Source: an uncultured virus (IMG/VR IMGVR_UViG_3300050505_000328)
Lineage: Duplodnaviria; Heunggongvirae; Uroviricota; Caudoviricetes
IMG/VR virus record: IMGVR_UViG_3300050505_000328
Reading direction: 5' to 3' (one strand)
DNA: 64,000 nt
Below are positions 26,019 through 35,057 of this stretch, one piece after another. Positions within the stretch are counted from its first letter, which is position 1; each line of letters begins with the position of its first letter. The notes under the pieces were generated by a model. It had not been told where the DNA came from. It ran no database searches and saw only the letters and a list, made by a program, of their open reading frames with translations. Position numbers and translations under genes: made by a program.

Positions 26019-26270
26019 ATGAAAGAAGAATTTGACTTCGGCGAGGCGCTCAAGCGATTGCGCGAGGGCAAGCGCGTCGAGCGCAACGGTTGGAACGGCA
26101 AGGGTATGTGGCTGATGTACGTGACAGCGGGCTGGAGTTCCGAAGAGACGGAGAACTTCGATGTCGCGAGGGCGCCGTTCATCGTTATGAAGACTGCTCA
26201 GAACGAGTTCGTCCCGTGGCTCGCGTCGCAGACGGACGTACTCGCCGAGGACTGGAGCGAGGCGGACTAG
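26019..26270 (+). CDS. DUF2829 / Tad2-like protein
   Basis: FGEALKRLREGKRVERNGWNGKGMWL...VPWLASQTDVLAEDW. Confidence 0.85.
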   Translation: MKEEFDFGEALKRLREGKRVERNGWNGKGMWLMYVTAGWSSEETENFDVARAPFIVMKTAQNEFVPWLASQTDVLAEDWSEAD

Positions 26271-26271
26271 G

Positions 26272-27432
26272 GTGACCGTCGTCCTATTCGAAACGCTCTT
26301 CGACCGGTTCTTCGACGGCTGGTGCATCGCCTCGCGCGCGTACGCCCGCGCGATGGAGCTCGGCGGGCTCGAGGTGCGCCTGCACTCGTGGCTGCCGCTG
26401 CTCGAGGAGCGCCACCCGGTCGTTGAGCGCGAGGTCGGGCACATGATCGGTCCCGGCCCGCGCCCCGCCGACGCCTACCTCTGGTCCGGCGCGTTCGGCG
26501 GGCCCGACTCGGGGCAGGTGAAGGTCCTGCAGCGCGTGATCAACTACCGCCAGCTCTACAAGAAGCCGGCGCTCTTCTACACCATGTTCGAGCGCCTGAA
26601 CGTGCAGCCCGAGCTCGTGCCGCTCCTGAACCAGCTCGACGGCGTGCTCGTCCCGTGCTCGGCGAACCTGCACGCCCTGCAGCGCGCGGGCGTGAAGAAC
26701 GCTCACTTCGTCCACGTCCCGTTCTTCGACCACGACCCGCACCTGGCCGAGCGCTGCCACGATGCCGAGTACGATCGGCCGGCCTTTTACTGGATCGGTC
26801 GTTGGGAGCCGCGCAAGGCCCCGCACAATTTGATCAAGGCGTTCATGCGAGCGTTCAGGCCGGGCGAGGCGACGCTCACGCTCAAGATCGGTCCGGCACC
26901 GTGGCGATACAGCTCGTACGCTTTGGCGGAGGAGGTCATCGCCCACGAGTGCGTCGAGAACAGGGGCTGGACGTACGCGGAGACCGATCGTGACATCCGC
27001 GTCATCCGCGACCTGCTCTCCCAGCACCAGATGGTCGTGCTGCACCACACGCACGACGTCTACGTCTCGGCGTCGCGCGGCGAGGGCATCGACATGCCGG
27101 CGTTCGCGGCGAAGCTCTCCGGAAACCGCGTCATCACGACGCCGTCCGGCGGGCCCACCGACTTCCTCGGCGACGACGACCGGCTCATCGTCGGCAACGG
27201 CACGGTGCTCCTGCCCGACTACGACGCGATCTGGGGGCGAGGCTCGACGTGCGTCGACTACCGCGTGGAGGACCTCTCCGCGGCGATGCAGCACATGGCG
27301 AAGAACCCGCGCCCGCCGCAGCGCACTTTCGGCAGCAAGGAGTGGCCGTGGCAGAACCACCACGCGCCGGCCGTCGGTCGCGAGGTGGCGCGGTGGGTGC
27401 GTTCAAAGCTGCCCCGCGCGGAGGTCGCGTGA
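26272..27432 (+). CDS. GT-B (family 4-like) glycosyltransferase
   Basis: YTMFE, IGRWEPRK, DVYVSASRGEGIDMP. Confidence 0.85.
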   Translation: MTVVLFETLFDRFFDGWCIASRAYARAMELGGLEVRLHSWLPLLEERHPVVEREVGHMIGPGPRPADAYLWSGAFGGPDSGQVKVLQRVINYRQLYKKPALFYTMFERLNVQPELVPLLNQLDGVLVPCSANLHALQRAGVKNAHFVHVPFFDHDPHLAERCHDAEYDRPAFYWIGRWEPRKAPHNLIKAFMRAFRPGEATLTLKIGPAPWRYSSYALAEEVIAHECVENRGWTYAETDRDIRVIRDLLSQHQMVVLHHTHDVYVSASRGEGIDMPAFAAKLSGNRVITTPSGGPTDFLGDDDRLIVGNGTVLLPDYDAIWGRGSTCVDYRVEDLSAAMQHMAKNPRPPQRTFGSKEWPWQNHHAPAVGREVARWVRSKLPRAEVA

Positions 27433-28661
27433 TGGCGATGCAGATCACGCGGCGCGCCCGTGCGCTGAGATACAAGCACGGCCCGAAGACGGCGCGGCCC
27501 AAGAAGAGGCCCGTCGCGCCGCAGGCCGCCGCGCTGCACCGCGCCCGAGACGGCCGGCCGCTCGTCGTGCTCGACTGCCCGTGGAACCGCCTGAACGTCG
27601 GCTGGGACATCCTGGCTCGGCGCTACGCCCGCGCGATGGTCGAGGCGGGGGTGGACGCGCGGCTCTACCCGGTGGTCCCCGAAGCCGGGCTGCTGCCGGA
27701 GGTCGCTGCCGAGGCCGCCGGCTTGTCGCGGAGCGCCGACACCCACGACGCCTACGTCTGGTCGACGTGCTTCCACCGCCCCGACGTGCTCATCCCGTGC
27801 ATCCGGCAGGTGCTCGACAGGAAGCCGCGGCCCCGCGTGTTCTACACGATGTTCGAGCGGCTCCGCGCGACGCCGGCCATCGCGCGCTACCTCAACACGC
27901 TCGAGGGCGTGTGGGTGCCGTGCACGGCGAACGAGAGGGCGCTGCGCGACGCCGGCTCGACGAATGTTCGGTGGGTGCCTGTCCCGTTCTTCGACGACGA
28001 CGCGCTCCTGCAGCTGCCCCCGCCGAGGAGCGTCCGGACCTTCTACTGGATCGGCGCGTGGGAGCAGCGGAAGGCTCCCGAGAACCTCATCCGCGCGTTC
28101 ATGCGCGCCTTCAAGCCGGGCCAGGCGCGGCTGTGGCTGAAGACCGCGACGGCGCAGGTCGGCTACCCCGCACCGGAGTACTTCATCCACGAGGCGACGT
28201 TCAGTCACGAGGCGGCGAGCAACGGCTGGACGTCCCGAAACTCCGCGATCGTCGTCGACCGGCGCGTCCTCACGCGGAAGCAGATGATCGAGGACATCCA
28301 CGGCAACGGCGACGTGTACGTGTCGGCGAGTCGCGGCGAGGGCGTCGACATGCCGCTCCTGGAAGCGAAGCTCGCGCGACGCCGCGTGATCACGACCGAC
28401 TCGGGCGGGCCCCGCGACTTCCTCGGCGAGGACGACATCCTGATCCCGCGCATGGGAGAGCAGGCGGTGCCGCCGACCTACCACTGGGAGCCGACTGCGA
28501 CGCAGGCCGACTACTCGCTCGACGCGCTCGTCGAGGCCATGCAGCGCGTGCACCGCGAGCCGGTCAAGTCCCGAGTCGACTGGCCGCGCGAGACGTTCCA
28601 CTCGAGCAACGTGGGCAGGTTGCTGCGTGACTGGTTCGCGGAGATGAGGGCGCGTGGTTGA
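27432..28661 (+). CDS. GT-B (family 4-like) glycosyltransferase, paralogue
   Basis: YTMFE, IGAWEQRK, DVYVSASRGEGVDMPLLEA. Confidence 0.85.
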   Translation: MAMQITRRARALRYKHGPKTARPKKRPVAPQAAALHRARDGRPLVVLDCPWNRLNVGWDILARRYARAMVEAGVDARLYPVVPEAGLLPEVAAEAAGLSRSADTHDAYVWSTCFHRPDVLIPCIRQVLDRKPRPRVFYTMFERLRATPAIARYLNTLEGVWVPCTANERALRDAGSTNVRWVPVPFFDDDALLQLPPPRSVRTFYWIGAWEQRKAPENLIRAFMRAFKPGQARLWLKTATAQVGYPAPEYFIHEATFSHEAASNGWTSRNSAIVVDRRVLTRKQMIEDIHGNGDVYVSASRGEGVDMPLLEAKLARRRVITTDSGGPRDFLGEDDILIPRMGEQAVPPTYHWEPTATQADYSLDALVEAMQRVHREPVKSRVDWPRETFHSSNVGRLLRDWFAEMRARG

Positions 28662-28872
28662 GTTCGAAGACGTCACCGGCCAGCCAAGACCGGAGGAAGA
28701 CATCCGCGCGGCGATCGAGTGCCTGAAGTCGGAGGTCATCTACAACCCGATGGGAATGTCTCGGTCGGGGCAGCCGCTCACGATCCACTACGTCGTCGTG
28801 CTGGACGCGATGCGCGAGCTGCTCGCACTGCGCGCGCTCGTCGAACGAGCCCGAGAGGCGGCGAAGAAGTGA
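28654..28872 (+). CDS. Hypothetical protein
   Basis: Coupled ORF. Confidence 0.5.
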   Translation: MVEFEDVTGQPRPEEDIRAAIECLKSEVIYNPMGMSRSGQPLTIHYVVVLDAMRELLALRALVERAREAAKK

Positions 28873-29549
28873 CGCGCGTCGTCCTCGGCGTGCCGTGCGT
28901 GCGGCGGCTCGACCTCCTGCAGGAGCTCTACCGCTCCGCCGCGCTCGGCTCGCGCCCGCCGGACTTGTTTACGATCGTGGACAACGGGGCTGACGTCCGG
29001 AAGGTGTTCAACGTGGAGGCGCACGCCTCGATCCCTTTCAGCGTGTTCAACTACGAGAAGCGGACCAACCTGGGCGTCAGCGCGTCGTGGAACCTGCTGT
29101 TCAACTTCTACGACGACGGCGACACCCTGATCATCATCTCGAACGACGACGTGCGCCTGCACGAGAACACGATCGCCGAGATGGTGCACGAGGCGGTCAC
29201 CACCGACGCCGAGTTCATCTTCCCGAAGACCGTGACGCACACGACGTTCTGCGTGTTCCTCCTGAAGCACGCGGCGTGGAGGAGGGTCGGGCCGTTCGAC
29301 GAGGGGTTCTGGCCGGCGTACTACGAGGACGTCGACTACTGGCACCGCATGCGCCACGCGGGCGTGAAGATGCGCGAGATCGACACGACGTGCTACGACC
29401 ACGTCTTGAACGGTTACCTGAAGGCGATGACGCCCGAGGAGAACAAGATCTTCCACGGGTACATGCAGGCGAACTACCGCCGGTACGTCCGCAAGTGGGG
29501 CGGCGCGCCGGGGAGCGAGACTAGAAAAACCCCGCTGGAGCTGCCGTGA
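28869..29549 (+). CDS. GT-A (family 2) glycosyltransferase
   Basis: IVDNG, NLGVSASWN, SNDD, VGPFDE.F.PAYYEDVDY. Confidence 0.88.
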   Translation: MTRVVLGVPCVRRLDLLQELYRSAALGSRPPDLFTIVDNGADVRKVFNVEAHASIPFSVFNYEKRTNLGVSASWNLLFNFYDDGDTLIIISNDDVRLHENTIAEMVHEAVTTDAEFIFPKTVTHTTFCVFLLKHAAWRRVGPFDEGFWPAYYEDVDYWHRMRHAGVKMREIDTTCYDHVLNGYLKAMTPEENKIFHGYMQANYRRYVRKWGGAPGSETRKTPLELP

Positions 29550-30187
29550 TGGATACGATCGACAAGTTGCGAGCTAGGGCGCCCGAGCAGTTCTCGGTCG
29601 CGGTGCAGGAGATCCGGGACGCGGGCACGGACAGCCTCGCGCACTTCGGCAACGGGTACGCGAAAGAGGGCGGCCTGTCGCTGCAGCAGAACCCGGACGA
29701 GTTCGGCGCGCTGCTCGTGCTCCTGAACCGGCTCTCGCACGGCGACGAGACCTACCTCGAGATCGGGTCGGCGAGTGGCGGCGCCGCGGTGATGATCTCC
29801 CGCTGGTGCGGATACTGGGAGATGCACTCGATCGACGACGGCCAGCACCCCCGCTACCCCGAGCTCGTCGCTAACTTCGATGACATCCTGATCGAGCACC
29901 TGCGCTGCGACAGCCACGGCCCCGAGGCGCGCGAGTTCCTGGACGGGCTCGAGGTGGACGTGGCGTTCATCGACGGCGACCACAGCGAGGTCGGCGTGTG
30001 GCAGGACATCGAGCTCGTGCGCGAGCACTGGCGGCCCGGCTCGCTCGTGATCCTGCACGACACGCTCGCTTGTCCTGGAGTCGCGAAAGCCTGGCGGAGG
30101 GGACGCGACGAGGGTCTCTGGATACCGATCGCCGACTACATCGGCGTCGAGAAGCCTCTCGGCATCGGCGTGGGGCTCGTGCTGTGA
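29546..30187 (+). CDS. Class I SAM methyltransferase (Methyltransf_24-like)
   Basis: LEIGSASGG, FIDGDH, ILHDT. Confidence 0.85.
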   Translation: MMDTIDKLRARAPEQFSVAVQEIRDAGTDSLAHFGNGYAKEGGLSLQQNPDEFGALLVLLNRLSHGDETYLEIGSASGGAAVMISRWCGYWEMHSIDDGQHPRYPELVANFDDILIEHLRCDSHGPEAREFLDGLEVDVAFIDGDHSEVGVWQDIELVREHWRPGSLVILHDTLACPGVAKAWRRGRDEGLWIPIADYIGVEKPLGIGVGLVL

Positions 30188-31017
30188 GACTCCGCCTCTG
30201 CGTCGTCACGTGCATGCCCGACCTGTTCCGGGAGTCAGTCGGCCTCGCGCTCGAGAACGCCGACAACCCGGTCCAGCTCATCGGCGTCGGCAACGGTTGC
30301 TTCGCGAGCACGCACGGGCTGCCCAAGGAGAAGCTCGCCGACCGCTCGATCGTCACCGGCGAGCAGAACAACCGCGGCATCCCGTGGGCGCTGCACGAGC
30401 TCTACGAGGCCGCTTGCGCTCGACCCGACGCGAGCGACAGCGACGTCCTGGTCTACATCCACGACGACTTCCTCATCCAGGAGAAGGGGTGGGACACGCG
30501 CGTGCTAGCCGCGTTCCAGCACGACGAGCGGCTCGGCTTAGCAGGGTTCGGCGGCTCGACCGGGCTCGGCCGACCGGGGCTCTACAAGGCGCCGTACGCC
30601 TGGCAGCAGGTCTGCCGCACCGACTTCTGGTCGAACATGCGGGACGCCGAGACGCACGGCCAGCGCACGACGACGGAGCGCCCGATCGTGTACACGGACG
30701 GGCAGTCAATGCTCGTGCGACGCGCCCTGCTCGACCAGGTCAACGGCTGGAGCTGGTGGCCGTTCACGATCGTGCACCACGGCTACGACTACGGTCTCGC
30801 GTGCATGGCGCGTCGGCACGGCTGGAACGGCCTCCTCATCCCGATCGCGTGCGAGCACAAGACCAACGCGAACGGCGGCATCGGCGCCGTCACGCGCGAC
30901 TCGGAGATCTACGCCCAACTCGCGAACTCGTTCGGCGGCGACAACGAGGTCTTCGCCCGAGCCCACCGCTTCGTGTACGACAACTTCCGGGACGTGCTCC
31001 CACTGAGGCTGCCATGA
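30184..31017 (+). CDS. GT-A-like glycosyltransferase
   Basis: VYIHDDF, GLAGFGG, HHGYD. Confidence 0.7.
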   Translation: MRLRLCVVTCMPDLFRESVGLALENADNPVQLIGVGNGCFASTHGLPKEKLADRSIVTGEQNNRGIPWALHELYEAACARPDASDSDVLVYIHDDFLIQEKGWDTRVLAAFQHDERLGLAGFGGSTGLGRPGLYKAPYAWQQVCRTDFWSNMRDAETHGQRTTTERPIVYTDGQSMLVRRALLDQVNGWSWWPFTIVHHGYDYGLACMARRHGWNGLLIPIACEHKTNANGGIGAVTRDSEIYAQLANSFGGDNEVFARAHRFVYDNFRDVLPLRLP

Positions 31018-32249
31018 CAAGACGCTGCCGTTTCTGCAAGGTCGAGCTCGCCGCCGAGCAGGGCGCGGACGTGGTCCTCGACCTCGGCGCGATCCCGCTC
31101 GCGAACGACCTCCACGCCGACCACTCCTCCGCCGTGCACGCTGAGCGCTACCCACTGTGCATGGTCAAGTGCGGGGCGTGCGGCCTGCACCAGCTCACGA
31201 TCGCGGTCGACGGGGCGAAGCTCTTCAGCGAGTACGCTTACGCGACGCCGGACATGCCGTCGCTGAGTCAGCACTACGAACGCGTGCACCGGTTCCTCAG
31301 CGAATACCCGTACGCGAAGATCCTCGAGATCGGCGGGAACAACGGCGCGTTCCTGCGGACCTTCAGGGGGCTGCACCACGTGAAGGTGAACGTCGATCCC
31401 GCCCAGAACATCCACAGCGACGTGGGGGACTGCGACATCGGCCTGAGCATCCCGGCGTTCTTCGACGCCGCCATCGCGCGGAAGCTGGTCGAAGACTTCG
31501 GGAAGTTCGATCAGGTCATCGCCCGGCACTGCTTCGCGCACATCGACGACCTGGACGCAGTCCTGGAGGGCGTCAAGACGCTGCTCGACCCGGACACGGG
31601 CGTCTTCTACATCGAGAACGCCTACGTCGTGGACACGATGGTCGGCGGCCAGTTCGACCAGATCTACCACGAGCACGTGAGCTACCTCAGCATCGACCCG
31701 GTGCGGAAGTTCCTGAAGCGCCACGGCATGCGTTTGATCGATGTCGACTACGCGGAGATCCACGGCGGGTCGCTCATGCTCGTCGCGTGCCTCGACTCCG
31801 CGGTCTACGACGACGACGACGTGTACCGGTGCGTGTCCGGCGAGCGCATCGACTTGTTCCAGGGGCTCGAGGCGAAGTTCGTGAAGCAGGCGTGGGAGAC
31901 CATCCACGGCCTCGCGAGCATGCTCACCGAGCTCGCGGAGCAGGGCAAGACCGTGGACCTCTACGGCGCGACGGCCAAGAGCACCACGCTCATGAACGCG
32001 GTCGTGCTCGAGGCCCGGCGCGTGAGTGTGCGGCGCTGCTACGACCGGGCGCCGCTGAAGATCGGCAAGTTCCTGCCCGGCACGGGCGTCTGGATCGTAT
32101 CGGAAGGGTGGATGCACGACTCGCCGCCCGACTACTGCCTCATCACGGCCTGGAACTACGCGGACGAGATCATGGAGCGCGAGCAGTGGTTCACGGAGCA
32201 GGGCGGTAAGTGGATCGTCCCGCTGCCGAGACCGAGGGTGATAGGCTGA
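31014..32249 (+). CDS. NDP-hexose C-methyltransferase
   Basis: N-terminal CRFC...CGAC, EIGGNNG, HCFAHI, FDQIYHEH, IHGGS, YGATAK, AWNYADEI. Confidence 0.9.
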   Translation: MTRRCRFCKVELAAEQGADVVLDLGAIPLANDLHADHSSAVHAERYPLCMVKCGACGLHQLTIAVDGAKLFSEYAYATPDMPSLSQHYERVHRFLSEYPYAKILEIGGNNGAFLRTFRGLHHVKVNVDPAQNIHSDVGDCDIGLSIPAFFDAAIARKLVEDFGKFDQVIARHCFAHIDDLDAVLEGVKTLLDPDTGVFYIENAYVVDTMVGGQFDQIYHEHVSYLSIDPVRKFLKRHGMRLIDVDYAEIHGGSLMLVACLDSAVYDDDDVYRCVSGERIDLFQGLEAKFVKQAWETIHGLASMLTELAEQGKTVDLYGATAKSTTLMNAVVLEARRVSVRRCYDRAPLKIGKFLPGTGVWIVSEGWMHDSPPDYCLITAWNYADEIMEREQWFTEQGGKWIVPLPRPRVIG

Positions 32250-33256
32250 TGCGCGTGCTGATCACCGGCCTCTGCGGCTTCATCGGGCACCACGTGGCCG
32301 AGCACCTGCTCGGGCGCACGGACTGGGATCTGGTCGGACTCGACCGCATCGACGCGACGAGCACGCTCCACCGCCTGCGGCACCTCGAGTGCTGGCCCGA
32401 GTGCGGCAAGCGCGTCACGTTCGTGTGGCACGACCTGCGCGCGCCGATCAACGCTACGGTCGACCGGCAACTGGGCCACGTGGACGCCGTCCTCCACCTC
32501 GCCGCCAGCACGCACGTGACCCGGAGCATCACCGAGCCCCTGATGTTTATCCACGACAACGTGATCGGGACCGCGCACCTGCTCGAGTGGTGGCGCACGC
32601 AAGCGGTGCATCGCATCCCCTCCCCGTACTTCCTCTACTTCTCGACGGATGAGGTCTTCGGCCCGGCCAATGCCGGCGAACTCTTCACCGAGTTCGACCG
32701 CTACCGCTCGACGAACCCCTACAGCGCGTCGAAGGCCGCCGGCGAGGAGCTCGCCTGCGCGTACTCGAACACCTACGGCCTGCACTCGAGCGCTGTCCAC
32801 GTCATGAACGTGATCGCCGAGCGCCAGCACCCGGAGAAGTTCCTGCCGATGACCATCCGCAAGGTGCTGCGCGGCGAGCTCGTGACCATCCACGCCGACG
32901 ACACCGGCACGAAGCCCTCGAGCCGCTTCTACACCTACGCCGCGAACATCGCGCACGCGCTGCGCTGGATACTCGAGCACCGCAGCGAGCATCCGCGCTT
33001 CGACAAGTGGAACATCGTGGGCGAGCGCGAGGTCACGAACCTCGAGCTCTGCCAGCGCGTCGCCGACATCGTGGGCAGGCCGCTGAGCTACGAGCTCGTC
33101 TCGTTCGCTAAGGAGCGCCCCGGCTACGACTTCCGCTACGCCATGAGCGGGGCGAAGCTCAAGGCCGCCGGCTTCGACATGCCGTACACCTTCGAGCAGG
33201 GCGTCGAGCGCACCGTCCGATGGTTCCTCGACAACCCGGAGTGGTTGGAGGGATGA
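32249..33256 (+). CDS. rmlB: dTDP-glucose 4,6-dehydratase-like
   Basis: TGLCGFIG, HLAASTHV.RSI, STDEVFG, PYSASK, QHPEKFLP, RPGYDFRY. Confidence 0.88.
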   Translation: MRVLITGLCGFIGHHVAEHLLGRTDWDLVGLDRIDATSTLHRLRHLECWPECGKRVTFVWHDLRAPINATVDRQLGHVDAVLHLAASTHVTRSITEPLMFIHDNVIGTAHLLEWWRTQAVHRIPSPYFLYFSTDEVFGPANAGELFTEFDRYRSTNPYSASKAAGEELACAYSNTYGLHSSAVHVMNVIAERQHPEKFLPMTIRKVLRGELVTIHADDTGTKPSSRFYTYAANIAHALRWILEHRSEHPRFDKWNIVGEREVTNLELCQRVADIVGRPLSYELVSFAKERPGYDFRYAMSGAKLKAAGFDMPYTFEQGVERTVRWFLDNPEWLEG

Positions 33257-33432
33257 ACGGCGAGGGGTTCTTCTTCGGCGTGGGAATGTTCGTCATTGGC
33301 GCCATGGTCGGAGCCTGGCTCACGTGTGATCGAGTGATCGAGTGCGAGAGCGGGTTCTGGTGCGGTGGCGCCGTGAACCCGTGCAACGACGCCGGGCTCC
33401 CGACGTGGAACAACCGGGACGGTGGAGAGTGA
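33253..33432 (+). CDS. Small TM protein
   Basis: Coupled on both sides; hydrophobic N-terminus. Confidence 0.5.
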   Translation: MNGEGFFFGVGMFVIGAMVGAWLTCDRVIECESGFWCGGAVNPCNDAGLPTWNNRDGGE

Positions 33433-33947
33433 TCGTCCGCGAGATGAAGTGCGGCGCCAAGCTCCTGCGCCCGCACTGGGCACACGACGAACGTGGCTAC
33501 TGCGCGGAGTACGCGCTCGATCACGCCGGTTGTTTGCCGATCGTCCGCGAGCTCAGCGTGAGGTCGTACGCGAACGTCCTCCGCGGCCTTCACTTCCAGG
33601 ACCCCTTCGAGGCGCCGCTCACGAAGGTCGTGCGCTGCGTGCGCGGGCGCATCCTGGAAGCAGTCGTCGACATGCGGACCGGCGAGGCGGACTTCTTGAC
33701 CGTGCTCGAGGCCGAGGAGGGGTGCGCGCTGGTCATCCCGCCCTGGTGCGCGCACGGCTACTACGTTCTCTCGGACGACTTCGCGACCGTGCACTATGGC
33801 TTCGACGGCCCCCGCCTGCCCGCGCACGAGTGGCGCGTCAAGTGGGACTCGGCCGGCATCGGCTGGGGCAAGTTAGTCAAGGACCCGATCCTCTCGACGC
33901 TCGACCGCGACGCGCCGACGCTCGAGGAAGTCATGAGGACGCTGTGA
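33429..33947 (+). CDS. rmlC: dTDP-4-dehydrorhamnose 3,5-epimerase-like
   Basis: DERG, NVLRGLHFQ, KVVRCVRG, VVDMR, IPP.CAHGY. Confidence 0.88.
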   Translation: MIVREMKCGAKLLRPHWAHDERGYCAEYALDHAGCLPIVRELSVRSYANVLRGLHFQDPFEAPLTKVVRCVRGRILEAVVDMRTGEADFLTVLEAEEGCALVIPPWCAHGYYVLSDDFATVHYGFDGPRLPAHEWRVKWDSAGIGWGKLVKDPILSTLDRDAPTLEEVMRTL

Positions 33948-34052
33948 CCGAGCGCTGCGCGTGGAACGCGCTCACCGCGGGCAAGCGCTGCCGGCGCGTG
34001 GGGCGGCAATGCGTCGGCCTCCAGTACTGCTACTGCACCCAGCACGAGCGCG

Positions 34053-35027
34053 CTATTCGCGCGGCGCTGTTTGGACCGCGCATTCGCCTAGGTCGTGCAC
34101 GACCATCCGGCGCACGAGCTCGTGGAAGCGGACGGTAGGCTGCCAGCCGAGCTCAGCCAACGCGCGCGTAGCGTCCCCGCACAGGTACGGCACCTCCGCC
34201 GGCCGCTTGAACTTCTGGTCGATGCGCACGTACTTGTCCCAGTCCATGCGCTTGCCGGTGACGTCCTCCGCGCAACGGAACGCGAGGATCACGAAGTCGC
34301 GCACCGTGAACGTCTCACCTGTCGCGATCACGTAGTCCTTGGGCACGTTCTGCTGCAGCATGCGCCACATGGCTTCTACGTAATCGCCGGCGAAGCCCCA
34401 GTCACGGCTGGCGTCGAGGTTGCCGAGCACGAGTTCGTCCTGCAGGCCGAGCGCGATGCGCGCGACCGATCGACTGATCTTGCGAGTGACGAAGTTCGCC
34501 GGGCGACGCGGTGATTCGTGGTTGAACAGGATGCCGCTGACGACGTAGAGCCCGTACTTGCGGTAGAGCTGGATCGCGTGGTGCGCGGCGACCTTCGCGA
34601 TGGCGTACGGCGACTGCGGGGCGAACGGCGTGTGCTCGCTCTGTGGCGGGAGCTCGGTGCCGAACATCTCGCTAGACGACGCCTGGTACAGTCGAGTGTG
34701 CGGGGCACGCGCCCGAATGTGCTCCAGCATCGTGAAGACGGGCGTGGCCGTGACGGCGAAGGTGTAGGCGGGCTCGTCGAAGCTCACGGCGACGTGGCTC
34801 TGGGCTCCGAGGTTGTACACCTCGCTCGGCTCGACCTCGGACAGGGCCGCCCGGAGCGCCGCGGAGTCGCACAAGTCCCCGTAGTGCATCGCCACGCGGG
34901 GATCCGGGGCCCGCGAGCCGCGGCGAGCGAAGCCGTGGACTTCGTAGCCCTTTTCGAGTAGTAGCTCGGAAAGGTACGAGCCGTCCTGGCCGGTGACGCC
35001 CGTGATGAGTGCTCGTAACTGCGGCAT
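34053..35027 (-). CDS. gmd: GDP-mannose 4,6-dehydratase
   Basis: ITGVTGQDGSYL, YNLGAQSHVAVSF, YQASSSEMFG, GILFNHESPRR, RDWGFAGDY. Confidence 0.95.
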   Translation of the reverse strand: MPQLRALITGVTGQDGSYLSELLLEKGYEVHGFARRGSRAPDPRVAMHYGDLCDSAALRAALSEVEPSEVYNLGAQSHVAVSFDEPAYTFAVTATPVFTMLEHIRARAPHTRLYQASSSEMFGTELPPQSEHTPFAPQSPYAIAKVAAHHAIQLYRKYGLYVVSGILFNHESPRRPANFVTRKISRSVARIALGLQDELVLGNLDASRDWGFAGDYVEAMWRMLQQNVPKDYVIATGETFTVRDFVILAFRCAEDVTGKRMDWDKYVRIDQKFKRPAEVPYLCGDATRALAELGWQPTVRFHELVRRMVVHDLGECAVQTAPRE

Positions 35028-35057
35028 CGGGTTAGGATAAACCGAAATCGGACCACG

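Noticed and set aside
26272..35027. Host chromosomal O-antigen or capsule locus
   Set aside because: No wzx/wzy/wzm/wzt or priming transferase; interleaved with small phage-type ORFs
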